A DNA stretch of 64,000 bases, from contig JAGWLG010000010.1 in NCBI GenBank assembly GCA_028864975.1, positions 26,352-90,351 of the forward strand, written 5' to 3'. The position numbers and the translations under genes were made by a program. This document shows positions 18,154-27,455 of the stretch, piece after piece (within the stretch, counting starts at the first letter, position 1; the number at the start of each line of letters is the position of its first letter). The notes beneath the pieces are model-generated. The model did no database searches, was not told the origin of the DNA, and worked only from the letters and a program-made list of their open reading frames with translations. Origin of the DNA: Thermoplasmata archaeon. Lineage in GTDB: Archaea > Thermoplasmatota > Thermoplasmata > Lutacidiplasmatales > UBA184.

Positions 18154-18346
18154 CTTCGTCGGCTCTCCCGCGTCCAGAACGGCCGCTCCACCTCCCGTTC
18201 GACCTCTCCGCCGCGGGCCCTCTCCTCGAGGCGGGGAACCCCCCGGAGCTCCGGAGGGGGAGCCGTAGTTGGAACCTGAAAGAAGAGCGAGAAGATGGTT
18301 TCTTACCCCAACATGTTGGATTTCTACATCGAGAGCGACATCCGCC

Positions 18347-18763
18347 CTAGAGCATCCCCCACGTCGCATTGAACCACACGGGCACGGGACCGTAGCCGCC
18401 GCTCTGGTAGCCCGCCCAGCACTCGTACATTCCACCGTTGGACCAGAAGGAGTAGGAGTCCCCGTCCGTCATGCGGGCGTGGTTGTACATCATGCCGCCC
18501 CCGGGTCCGTTCATGGAGTACATCATCGGTTCCGCTCCGTGGTAGGAGGCGTGCATCGTCGCGTAGACCGAGGATGGCAGGGCCATGCTCGCCGTGGAGC
18601 CTCCCGCCGTGGAGACGAGGACCTTCTGCGAAGCCGAGTTCACCGGCAGATAGATCGCGGCCAGGACCGCAGCGAGGGCGGCAACGACCACGACAACAGC
18701 CACAAGGATCGCAACGCGCTTCCTTCCCTTCCGGACCGGGGCCCCCGGTGGTAGTGTCGACAT
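18347..18763 (-). CDS. Membrane-anchored Met/His/Tyr-rich exported protein
   Basis: Basic N-region (KGRKR), one TM helix, then MHASYHGAEPMMYSMNGPGGGMMYNHARM; 11 Met in 138 aa. Confidence 0.65.
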   Translation of the reverse strand: MSTLPPGAPVRKGRKRVAILVAVVVVVAALAAVLAAIYLPVNSASQKVLVSTAGGSTASMALPSSVYATMHASYHGAEPMMYSMNGPGGGMMYNHARMTDGDSYSFWSNGGMYECWAGYQSGGYGPVPVWFNATWGML

Positions 18764-19064
18764 GCCCGAGAAATGAGAAGGCGAGAGAAAGACGACTTCG
18801 TCAAATCGGGGCCGCTGAGCGGACGCGGTCGTGTCGCGAGGCAGTCCCCGCCGCGAGGGAGGCCAGAGGACGTTCGGCTCGGGGTGGCCGTGGTCGCGGG
18901 AGGGTGCCCCAGCGCCCCGGGTCCCTCTCCTGGACAGGGTCGCCTAGGACGGCCGCTTCACTCACCGTGAGTGACCTCCCCACGTGCCTACTCCTTATCC
19001 GAACAACCCCCGATGCCTCATCAGGGACGCCCCAAGCGTCAGTCGATCCCGGGGGAGGTGCTGC

Positions 19065-20078
19065 ATGGATTCGAAGCACGCGATCATGGTCGAGGACCTG
19101 GTCAAGACCTATCCTCCCGACGTGCATGCCGTGAAGGGGATCAGCTTCCAGGTCCCCCCAGGGCAGATCTTCGGCTTCCTGGGCCCCAACGGCGCGGGCA
19201 AGACGACGACGGTCTCGATGCTGACCACGCTCCTCCGCCCCACGAAAGGGCGGGCCGTCGTGGGAGGGATCGACGTGGCAGAGGAGCCTCGACGGGTCCG
19301 AAGGGCTATCGGTCTGGTCTTCCAGGATTCGACGGCGGATGGCGAGCTCACGGGACGCGAGAACATGGAGGTCGCGGCCGGGCTCTTCGGCATGTCCTCC
19401 GCCGAATGCCGAGGACGGATCGATGAGCTCCTCGCGAGCATGGACCTGAAGGAAGCGGCAGGTCGAAGGGTGAAAGGCTACTCGGGGGGGATGAAACGCC
19501 GGCTCGAGCTCGCGGTGAGCCTGGTCCATACCCCCGAGGTCCTCTTCCTCGATGAGCCGACGATCGGGCTGGACCCTCAGGGGCGAGCCGGGTTCTGGCG
19601 ATACATCAGCCAGATGCGAAAGGAGCAGGAGGTCACGGTCTTCATGACGACGCACTACCTCGACGAGGTCGAGAACCTCGCCGACCGCGTCTCGATCATC
19701 GACCACGGCAAGATCATCGCGAGCGGCTCCAACGACGCCCTGAAGGAACGTGTGGGGGGCGACGAGATCGAGGTCCGTGTGGGCAAGGGAACTCCGGTCC
19801 TCACGACCGCCCTGTCGGCCGTTCCCACCGTCCGCGAGGTCAAGCGCGAAGGGGACCTCTATCGAGTGAAGTGTCCGAGAGGCGAAGCGGTCCTCTCCTC
19901 GCTCGTGAAGGCCTGCGACCTTCCCGGCGCGTCCATCGAGGGGATTCGCGTCCTGCGGCCGAGCCTGGACCGGGTCTTCCTCGAGCTCACGGGCAAGGCC
20001 TACCGCGAAGAAGGGTACGATGAAGGACGCGCGGCGGCGTCCTCGGCGTTCCACCGCCGGCGACAGGGAGGGGGTTGA
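19065..20078 (+). CDS. ABC exporter ATP-binding subunit (DrrA-like)
   Basis: Walker A GPNGAGKTT, signature YSGGMKRRLE, Walker B LFLDEPT, TTHY switch. Confidence 0.95.
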   Translation: MDSKHAIMVEDLVKTYPPDVHAVKGISFQVPPGQIFGFLGPNGAGKTTTVSMLTTLLRPTKGRAVVGGIDVAEEPRRVRRAIGLVFQDSTADGELTGRENMEVAAGLFGMSSAECRGRIDELLASMDLKEAAGRRVKGYSGGMKRRLELAVSLVHTPEVLFLDEPTIGLDPQGRAGFWRYISQMRKEQEVTVFMTTHYLDEVENLADRVSIIDHGKIIASGSNDALKERVGGDEIEVRVGKGTPVLTTALSAVPTVREVKREGDLYRVKCPRGEAVLSSLVKACDLPGASIEGIRVLRPSLDRVFLELTGKAYREEGYDEGRAAASSAFHRRRQGGG

Positions 20079-20911
20079 TGTATCGCGAGCTCGCCGCCCT
20101 CCTCCGACGGGAGTATCTGCGATGGGTCCGAGCCCCCATGTGGATCGTGGCCGGCCTGATGATGCCCATCCTCTATCTCGCACTCTTCGGCCAGGCCTTC
20201 GACCTCGGGAAACTTGTCCCCCCCAATCCCCAGGCTCAGGCCGGACTTTCCTCGGCGCTCCTGGGCGCCCCGGACTACTTCTCGTACTTCGCGGTCGGCA
20301 TGGTGGGGATGGTCGCGGTCACTTCCTCCCTCTTCGCCGGAACTGGGGTCATCTTTGACAAGCAGTTGGGCATCCTCCAGAGGACCATCTCGACCCCGGC
20401 CCGCCGGAGCGTGATCTTCGCTTCTTCGCTCATCTTCCGCGGCTTCTTGGTGGTCCTTCCGATCTTCATCGTCCTGGGTCTGGCCCGGCTCCTCGCTTTC
20501 ATCCCCGGGTTCACGGGACTCACTGTCGTGGAGAACGTCGGTCCCGCCGGGGTCCTCGAGATCGTCGTGGGCATCCTCGCGATCTCGATGGCCTTCACCT
20601 CGCTCTTCCTCGCCTTTGGGTTCCTGTTCACCCGGGTCGAGTCCTACTTCGGAGTGGTCAATCTGTTGAACCTTCCGATCCTTTTCACGTCGAACGCGCT
20701 CTACCCCGCGGGGACTTCCCCGCTCTGGCTCCAGCACATCACGGCGTACAACCCGATCTCGCTCGCCGTGAATGTGATGCGGGAGAACTTCTTCGGGGCC
20801 TCCTACTACGCCTACCCCGCTTACGTCTATCTTGGCGGGCTCCTGGCATGGGCCGCGGCACTGATCCTCCTCGCCCTCGCGTTGGGGTCGAGGGCGCTCA
20901 AGACGAAGTAA
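20075..20911 (+). CDS. ABC-2 type permease (DrrB-like)
   Basis: Six TM helices; YFSYFAVG, LPILFTSNALYP, NPISLAVNVMR; 4-nt overlap with the ATPase gene. Confidence 0.92.
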   Translation: MMYRELAALLRREYLRWVRAPMWIVAGLMMPILYLALFGQAFDLGKLVPPNPQAQAGLSSALLGAPDYFSYFAVGMVGMVAVTSSLFAGTGVIFDKQLGILQRTISTPARRSVIFASSLIFRGFLVVLPIFIVLGLARLLAFIPGFTGLTVVENVGPAGVLEIVVGILAISMAFTSLFLAFGFLFTRVESYFGVVNLLNLPILFTSNALYPAGTSPLWLQHITAYNPISLAVNVMRENFFGASYYAYPAYVYLGGLLAWAAALILLALALGSRALKTK

Positions 20912-21335
20912 CGGGCCCGGGCGGAGGTCTCGGCCCTCGACGGTGCCCGACCCTCCGTAGCTCCCCCCTCAAGAAGAGGAGGAGCCACTCGACCTCAAAG
21001 ATCCCCGGCGTGAGGAGCTCGAGGCACTGCCACCAGGGGACCCGGACCGTGGGAAGATGCTCTCGCCCCGTCCAGATCGCTTTGGAGATCCGGTGACGCC
21101 CGTCCAGGGCGATCTGGTACCACCTCCTTCCCGCGATAATGATGGGGAAGTCGAGGTCCGCCCGGTCCAGGAAGCTTGGGATGAGGCGAAGCGCCCAGCC
21201 GATCGCCCGTCGCGACAGCCGGGGCAGCTCCGTCAGCGGGGTCTCGACCACGGGCACGGGGTGTCGCCTGAGATGGCGTACCGCAAGGAAGACCCCGGGC
21301 CGGAAGTGGAAGGCGAACTCTGAGGAATCGACCAT
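20898..21335 (-). CDS. Small ParB/sulfiredoxin-like domain protein
   Basis: LDFPIII...YQIALDGRHRISKA resembles the ParB/Srx PI(I/V)V...DGxHR motif. Start ATG 21335 follows an SD-like GGAGAC. Confidence 0.55.
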   Translation of the reverse strand: MVDSSEFAFHFRPGVFLAVRHLRRHPVPVVETPLTELPRLSRRAIGWALRLIPSFLDRADLDFPIIIAGRRWYQIALDGRHRISKAIWTGREHLPTVRVPWWQCLELLTPGIFEVEWLLLFLRGELRRVGHRRGPRPPPGPVTSS

Positions 21336-21526
21336 GTCTCCTCCCCTTCCATCGAGCCGACCTCCCCGTCCCCTACAGGCCCAGCCTGGAAACACGACAT
21401 CAGGCGCCTGTCAACTTCGGTCGACCTGACGCGCGCGTCGACCCTCCCCCTGCGACCGGGGACGCCCGCAGGAGATCCGACGAGTCCCTACCGAGAACCC
21501 GTCGAACGAGCCCTTCCGAACATTCC

Positions 21527-22135
21527 CTACTTCGCCTTTCTCCTTCGGGGTCGCTTGGGCTCCACGGGGTGGCGCCTCGCCCACTCCCGGGCCCCAGATA
21601 TGAGGGCCGCCCTCGGAGGGGGCCATCTTCCGTGGAGCACACGACGGAAGATCCAGAACGTGTTGGGGGGTTCAACGTCCATCTGCCAGAGCATGGCCTC
21701 CACTTCCCCCAGGTGGAGGAGATGCTCGGTCAAGCACTGCGCGAGCGCGGCATCGCGCGTGAGACGAAGGGGGTACTTCCTCGACGCGACCCACACGGCA
21801 GGCTTCGAGAGCTCTTTCGGGGTGTTCCACTTCTTGAACCGTGCGTTCCCCATCGCCTCGACCTCCTTGAGCCTCTTTCGTACCTCGGCGATGCTCAGGT
21901 ACCGGTCCCTGGGGATGTTCATCACCTCGTACATCCAGGGGGTGGCGCGGTTCTCGCAGAATTCGGTCACGTGCTGCTCCTCGACGTAGGCCAGGTGGAG
22001 GAAGATGTCCCGGAAGGAGTGCATGCTCACTCCGCGGTCCTTGGTGAATGCCTTCCACCCAAGCTTCGCGGCTCGCTCGAAGAAGTCGCAGCGGAGCTCG
22101 TGGACGAAGTCCATCAGGTCGATGGTCGAAACCAT
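21527..22135 (-). CDS. DinB/YfiT-family protein
   Basis: SFRDIFLHLAYVEEQH and EHLLHLGEVEAMLWQMDVEPP carry the DinB His triad pattern. Confidence 0.8.
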   Translation of the reverse strand: MVSTIDLMDFVHELRCDFFERAAKLGWKAFTKDRGVSMHSFRDIFLHLAYVEEQHVTEFCENRATPWMYEVMNIPRDRYLSIAEVRKRLKEVEAMGNARFKKWNTPKELSKPAVWVASRKYPLRLTRDAALAQCLTEHLLHLGEVEAMLWQMDVEPPNTFWIFRRVLHGRWPPPRAALISGAREWARRHPVEPKRPRRRKAK

Positions 22136-22226
22136 GGAGTCCCTACCGGACCGGGCTCATAGCGCGAGCGTCGCGTCTTCACGTTCGGGCCACGACCCGG
22201 GTCGCCAAGGTCGTGTGACGAACGGG

Positions 22227-23033
22227 TCAGAGCTTCGCGCCGCAACTGTAGCAGAACGCGCCTTCCTGTTCCGCTTCTCCGCAAGCACGGCAGACCGAGG
22301 CGGGGCCGGCGGCCGGGGCTTCGTCGGGGGTGGCTGCCACTGGAGGGCTGGCGGGCGGTCGAGCTTTGGGCCCGGTAAGGGGCGCGCCGCACGAGCCGCA
22401 GCGCTTGTCGGTGATCTGGACCAGCGCGGAGCAGTAGGGACATGGGACCTTGACGATCTCTCGGATCGTCTCCTTCTCCTTCACGATCACCTGAGGCGAG
22501 GGCGGGGCCTGAGGGGCGGCCGCCCGATGGAGCGCTGCGATCCGAGCTTGAGCCTCCGCTTGGGCCTGGGCGGCCGCGCGGCGGGTCGAAGGCAACACCT
22601 GCTGGATGGCGTCGCGGATCCCGTCCGTCGTCAAGCTCCGTTGGGCCGGGGACATGTCGCCGACCACGGCGAAGGGGCTCCATCCCCCTCTCCAGCGTAC
22701 CCGCAGGAACGGCCACTGCAGGTTCCCCGGGACTGGGATCATCTCGGTCACGACGGAGTCGATCGCGTCCAAGGGGACCTCGAAGGACGGGGGCACCGGG
22801 ACCTCATAGTACACCGGGTTCCCGACGATCGTGGAGCTCTTCGCCGCAGGGACCATGAAGAGACGCTGGTAGGTCAGGACCAGGCATCCGGAAGGCGTCT
22901 GTCGCCAGGTCGCGAAGGAGGAATTGGCGCCAGGGGCGAACGGCCCCTTCACGCTCCAGGTCCCGCAGACCCCCTCCGAAGGGCGGAGGAAGGAAGGCAG
23001 GGCGGACGAGAACTGGGATGCCGAGACTTTCAT
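22227..23033 (-). CDS. Soluble protein with PH/GRAM-like N-domain and two C-terminal zinc ribbons
   Basis: GCLVLTYQRLFMV...EVPLDAIDSV (PH-like, inference); CPYC-x10-CGSC and CRAC-x9-CYSC. Confidence 0.7.
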   Translation of the reverse strand: MKVSASQFSSALPSFLRPSEGVCGTWSVKGPFAPGANSSFATWRQTPSGCLVLTYQRLFMVPAAKSSTIVGNPVYYEVPVPPSFEVPLDAIDSVVTEMIPVPGNLQWPFLRVRWRGGWSPFAVVGDMSPAQRSLTTDGIRDAIQQVLPSTRRAAAQAQAEAQARIAALHRAAAPQAPPSPQVIVKEKETIREIVKVPCPYCSALVQITDKRCGSCGAPLTGPKARPPASPPVAATPDEAPAAGPASVCRACGEAEQEGAFCYSCGAKL

Positions 23034-23079
23034 GGCCCTCGTGGTGCGGTACCGATCGCTAGCTGGGAGGTTCGCATGC

Positions 23080-24204
23080 TCATTTCTCGGGAGGGACAGC
23101 AGGGGTCGCTTCGTGGGTCTGTGCCGGGGCGGCGGCGGGTGAAGTCGGCGCCGACGGGGCTGCAGGTGCCGCGGTGCTCATCTGGGCCTTGATGGCCTCG
23201 AGCTCCTGGCGCAGGCGCTGGACCTCTTCGGAGGGCGCGGTCGGGGTAGGGGATCGTGCGCCCGCTGTATCGGGGGCAGCCTCACGCTTCCAGTACGATC
23301 TCAGGCCTAGGCTTCCAACGAGGAGTAAGGCGAAACCTCCCAGGTCGAGGAAAAGCGCCGTGGAGGGTCCCCACGAGACCGTGCCAGTCGCGTTGGAACC
23401 GCTCGAGCCTCCTCCTCCACCCCCACTGTTGCCTCCGAAGTTCACGGCGCAGGACCCCATCGGTGAAAAGTTCGGCCCACCCCCGCCGTTCCCACCATTG
23501 CAGAGCGGGCCAACGAGGAATCCTGTGACGAGGGTCAGGATGACGAAGAGGATGAGGCCGCCGACGAGAGCGAGTACGGCCCCCGAGCGGGTGAGCGAGT
23601 ACGGTTTCTTGAGCCCCTTCCGAGTGGCGGGAGCGCTGCCCGTGCGTAGACCCAGGATCGCTCCCGCCGCCGCGAGCGCGACCCCGAGGAGTAAAAGGAC
23701 AGCCCCGGCAGCAAGGAGCAGGACCACGAACTCGAGACCCTGACTGCCACCACCGGATCCCGCGAGCCCGGCGTAGGCCAGACATTCTCCGGGAACTAGG
23801 GGGTTGTTGTTGCCCGAGTTGTTGTTGGAGCCGTTGTTCGAGGCGCCCTCGGGGCGTGCAGATTCTGGGGAGGAGCTCATCCTGCCTTGGGCGAGGGGGG
23901 ACGCGGCGTGGCCCTGGTGCAGAGGCGGAGAGGAAGGGGCGGCGAAGCCGTGGTTCCCAGCGTTGCTGGACTCGCTCAGGCAGACCGAGAACGAGTCAAA
24001 GTCGGCGGTCGCATGGAGGAACTCGGACCCTGAGGAAACGTTGACCGCGACCACGGTCCAGGGAAACAGGAGTGTGAGCAGGAGCAAGGCCGCCCCTCCA
24101 AGGACAAGGAAGGAATAGATCGGCGACGCCGGGGGCGGCAGACGCACGTCAGGGTTCCCCGGCGGAACGCGGCGTGGTGCGGTGGCAGGTCCAGAGGCAC
24201 TCAT
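23080..24204 (-). CDS. Four-TM claudin/PMP22-like membrane protein with short C-terminal coiled coil
   Basis: TM1 ending LLFPW; Cys pair in loop 1 (SVCL...ECLA) and in loop 2; TM4 WGPSTALFLDLGGFALL; EEVQRLRQELEAIKAQM. ATG 24204 overlaps the upstream stop by 4 nt. Confidence 0.65.
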   Translation of the reverse strand: MSASGPATAPRRVPPGNPDVRLPPPASPIYSFLVLGGAALLLLTLLFPWTVVAVNVSSGSEFLHATADFDSFSVCLSESSNAGNHGFAAPSSPPLHQGHAASPLAQGRMSSSPESARPEGASNNGSNNNSGNNNPLVPGECLAYAGLAGSGGGSQGLEFVVLLLAAGAVLLLLGVALAAAGAILGLRTGSAPATRKGLKKPYSLTRSGAVLALVGGLILFVILTLVTGFLVGPLCNGGNGGGGPNFSPMGSCAVNFGGNSGGGGGGSSGSNATGTVSWGPSTALFLDLGGFALLLVGSLGLRSYWKREAAPDTAGARSPTPTAPSEEVQRLRQELEAIKAQMSTAAPAAPSAPTSPAAAPAQTHEATPAVPPEK

Positions 24205-27200
24205 GTTGAGGGCCCGACCTCCACCACGGGAGACCCACAACTGTCGCAGAAGCCGGCGCCGGCTTCGACTTCCGCCCCGCAGGACGTGCATTTCCTCACG
24301 CCGGCCGCGGGCGGTGGAGCCTGCGTCCCAGCGCCCGGTTCCGCCGGGGGCCCAGCGGGCGGAGCTGTATCCCCGACGATGGAGGGAGGCTCGACCGGGG
24401 TGGCCGCCGGTACCGTCACTGGCCAGGCCGTCGACATCGGTGTGGAACCCCCGCTAGCTCCTCCGAGGGTCGCTGCCGCACCTGCCTCGATCAACGCCTT
24501 ACGGCGTCGGCGAGCGAGCGCGAACTGTGCGATCCCGGCGGCGAAGAGGCCGACGACCGCGATCAGCACGACAAGCGTGGGGACCCCTCCTGGCGCCCCG
24601 AGGTTGAGCGGCCCTCCGGAGCCGATCCCACCGGTTCCCGGACCACTACCGGGGGTCACGTGCACGATGCCGCTGGTGTAGGCCTTGTTCCCAACGTGGT
24701 CCGTCGCCGTCAGGTTGACGTAGTAATCCCCCGGGTTCTGGAACGTGTAGTTGATGCCCGAGGTGGAGAAGTAGGTGGAATTCTCGATGTTCCAGCGGAA
24801 GGTGTAAGGTGGGACCCCTCCGGTCGCGCTCGCCTGACAGGAGATCGAGAGAGGTGCCGTGCCGCCAGGGGGGCCGTTCGAGGTCGAGGGTTGGCACTTG
24901 ACGTTCACACTGAGGGAGTTCCCCGGCCCTCCCGCTCCGACGGTGACGTTCGTGTAGTGTCTGTTGACCTGCGACGGGGGGCTCGAATCCGAGAGTTCGG
25001 CCTCGACCATGTAGGTCCCCCGGTTCGAATAGGTGTGCTGGAAGGTGGGACAATTGGGGGAGGAGCAGTTCTGCCAGAAGCTGGGTGTGCCGTCCGCGAG
25101 GAACCAGACCCACGTGTAGGGGCCCTTTCCTCCCTGGATCGACGAGGCGAGGCTCACGGAGAGCGGAGGCGTCCCCGAGAGCGGGCTCAAGGTGACGGTG
25201 GAAGAGAGCGGGGAGGTCGAGCCTGGGACGGTGACACTGACGAATAGGCTGTGCTCCGCACTCGCCCCGGACGCATCGGTCGCCCTCAACGAGACCTGGA
25301 AGTTCCCGCCGGCCGTGAACGTGTGCGCGACGCGGACGGTGGTGCTCGTGTTGGTCCAGTTGAGGGAGGTGCCATCGCCGAACGTCCAGAGGAACGCGTA
25401 GGGGGAGGAGCCTCCGGACGCACTGCCCTGGAAGTACACGGTGAGCGGATAGGGCCCTGTGGTCGGGTTGGCGCTCAGCGCGACCGAGGGGGGTGGGGAA
25501 GTTCCCACGGCGAGGGTCACCGTCTGCCAGGCCGTGCTCCCGACCTGATCGGTCGCTGTGAGATTCGCGACGAAGGTCCCGGTACTGGCGTAGGTGTATG
25601 CGATGCGTCCTCCCGTGCTGGCGTTGGACCAGGTGACGACCGAGCCATCGCCGAAGCTCCAGCGGAAGGTGTAGGGTCCCGTGCCGCCCGACGCACCGCC
25701 GTTGAAGTAGACCGTGAGCGGAGGCGACCCCCCGGAGGGATTCGCGGAGAGCGAGACCGCGACTGAGCTGGCCGGGGTGACGGTGATGGTCGCGGTCTTG
25801 TACCCGACGGCCCCGTTCGAGTCGCGAACGGTCAGGTTCGCGATGAAGGTGCCCGCCCTCGGGTAGGTGTGCGACAGGCTCGAGCAACAATTGTTGTACG
25901 AGCCATCCCCGAACGAGTAGTTCCACGAGTAGGGGGGGGTTCCTCCGGTGGCCGTGCCCGAGAAGAATACCGCGAGGGGAGCCGTGCCGCTCGTGCGATT
26001 CGCGCTGATCCCGACCGTGAGGGCGGGGAGCGAAACCGGGCCGGCGAAGGACCATGTGCTGGAGCCGGAGAACTGGGTCCCCCATCCCCCGAACCCCAGA
26101 ATGGCAGTGTAGGAGGGATCGTAGTCCATGTTCCAGGCGTCGGGTCCTGGGGAGCCGGAGGTCCCAGCGGTCACGTTCGACCATCTTCCCGCGGCGAACT
26201 GCCAGGTGTCCCCGTAGAACCCGGTGGGGGGAGCGGTCGTGGACCCGCCCTGGAAGTCCCCTTTCCATCCGCCGTAGAACATCAGGACGTTCGCCGCCGT
26301 GTCGGAGCTCCCTTCCATGAACCCGCGGGGTGAGGGCGAGTTGACCGGGGCGAGAGAGGTCCAGGTCACTCCCGAGAGCTCCCACGTGTCGCCCGTGGTG
26401 TAGCAGGGGTTGCCGCACCCGGTAATGCCCCCGAAGAGCACCGAATATCCGTCGGTCGCGTCGTACGCGAACCCCGCCCCCGCTCGGGGGCCGGGGCCGG
26501 GGTTCGTCGATAGGGGGCTCCAGGTCCCGGACCGGAAGGCCCAGGTGTCGTACGCTGACGACCCGCAGAGGTACCCCAGGAAGTACGTGCATCCCCCGAA
26601 GAGGACGACGCGGGTCGCAGCGGAATCGTACGTGATCGCCGCATCCGACCTCGGTGAAGGGGGGGTGCCCGCCGAGGCCGTGAGGTTCGTCCAGGTCCCT
26701 CCCGCGAACGCCCACGTGTCCGACTGGTCGTAGCAGCCGGTGTTGCCCACAAGATGGGCCCCGGAAGTGGAGACACACCCCCCGAAGAGCAGGACCTCAT
26801 GGTCGAGCCCATCGTACACCATGGCGCCCCCCGCCCGAGCGGGGGGCGTGCTCACCGTTGTCCCCGTGAGGTTCTTCCAGCTCCCTCCGTAGAGGGCCCA
26901 CGTGAAGGGCCAGACCGGGACCCCGCCACCCGCACAACTGGCCCCGGAGACGCCACAGCCGGCGCCGCCGAAGAGCAGAAGGTAGCCGTCCTGGGCGTCG
27001 TAGACGAGCCCGTTGTCCGCGAGCGGGGGTGGGGAGTTCGAGATCGAGCTCGTGAGGTTCGTCCAGCCCGTCGCGTCGGGCACGAGGTGGGAGGTGGGGG
27101 CCTTCGGCGAAGTTGCCGACGCAAGGCGAACAGGATCCCCATGCAAGGCCCACGGGGGCCCGAGCATGTGGAGCGGCGAGGCGCCCGCCGCGAGCGTCGT

Positions 27201-27353
27201 CGCGGGAAGCGCGAGGAGCAAGAACAGGAGGACCAACGAGAGGCGGCTCCACCCACGGGCCGCCGTGCCCTGCGCGGATCGACGCCAGAAGCGTCCCGCG
27301 GAGAGGGGCCCCCGTTCCCCGCAGGTCGACACGCCCAGCGATGGCATCCTCAT
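24201..27353 (-). CDS. Type-I surface protein: signal peptide, 6 Kelch-like blades, 5 PKD domains, TM helix, Pro-rich tail, C-terminal zinc ribbon
   Basis: Six P..R....(Y)D......(L)FGG repeats; five PL.V.F.G.A.GG..PY...W.FGDG-type repeats; TM VLIAVVGLFAAGIAQFALARRRRK; CTSC-x10-CDSC; many N-x-S/T sequons. The track ORF is over-extended to 28064. Confidence 0.85.
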   Translation of the reverse strand: MRMPSLGVSTCGERGPLSAGRFWRRSAQGTAARGWSRLSLVLLFLLLALPATTLAAGASPLHMLGPPWALHGDPVRLASATSPKAPTSHLVPDATGWTNLTSSISNSPPPLADNGLVYDAQDGYLLLFGGAGCGVSGASCAGGGVPVWPFTWALYGGSWKNLTGTTVSTPPARAGGAMVYDGLDHEVLLFGGCVSTSGAHLVGNTGCYDQSDTWAFAGGTWTNLTASAGTPPSPRSDAAITYDSAATRVVLFGGCTYFLGYLCGSSAYDTWAFRSGTWSPLSTNPGPGPRAGAGFAYDATDGYSVLFGGITGCGNPCYTTGDTWELSGVTWTSLAPVNSPSPRGFMEGSSDTAANVLMFYGGWKGDFQGGSTTAPPTGFYGDTWQFAAGRWSNVTAGTSGSPGPDAWNMDYDPSYTAILGFGGWGTQFSGSSTWSFAGPVSLPALTVGISANRTSGTAPLAVFFSGTATGGTPPYSWNYSFGDGSYNNCCSSLSHTYPRAGTFIANLTVRDSNGAVGYKTATITVTPASSVAVSLSANPSGGSPPLTVYFNGGASGGTGPYTFRWSFGDGSVVTWSNASTGGRIAYTYASTGTFVANLTATDQVGSTAWQTVTLAVGTSPPPSVALSANPTTGPYPLTVYFQGSASGGSSPYAFLWTFGDGTSLNWTNTSTTVRVAHTFTAGGNFQVSLRATDASGASAEHSLFVSVTVPGSTSPLSSTVTLSPLSGTPPLSVSLASSIQGGKGPYTWVWFLADGTPSFWQNCSSPNCPTFQHTYSNRGTYMVEAELSDSSPPSQVNRHYTNVTVGAGGPGNSLSVNVKCQPSTSNGPPGGTAPLSISCQASATGGVPPYTFRWNIENSTYFSTSGINYTFQNPGDYYVNLTATDHVGNKAYTSGIVHVTPGSGPGTGGIGSGGPLNLGAPGGVPTLVVLIAVVGLFAAGIAQFALARRRRKALIEAGAAATLGGASGGSTPMSTAWPVTVPAATPVEPPSIVGDTAPPAGPPAEPGAGTQAPPPAAGVRKCTSCGAEVEAGAGFCDSCGSPVVEVGPST

Positions 27354-27370
27354 GGTTCTCACACAAGAGG

Positions 27371-27428
27371 TATACTTATCAACGGTCCCGACCCGGAAGG
27401 CCCCCGCGGCGAACCCCGCTTTAAAAAG
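27371..27428. promoter_or_regulatory. Divergent promoter pair
   Basis: AT patch TATACTTAT from 27371 (minus-strand gene, ATG 27353/27347) and CTTTAAAAAG at 27419-27428, about 28 nt before ATG 27456. Confidence 0.55.
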
Positions 27429-27455
27429 GAGCTCCACCTTGCGGGTCCCTCGGGT

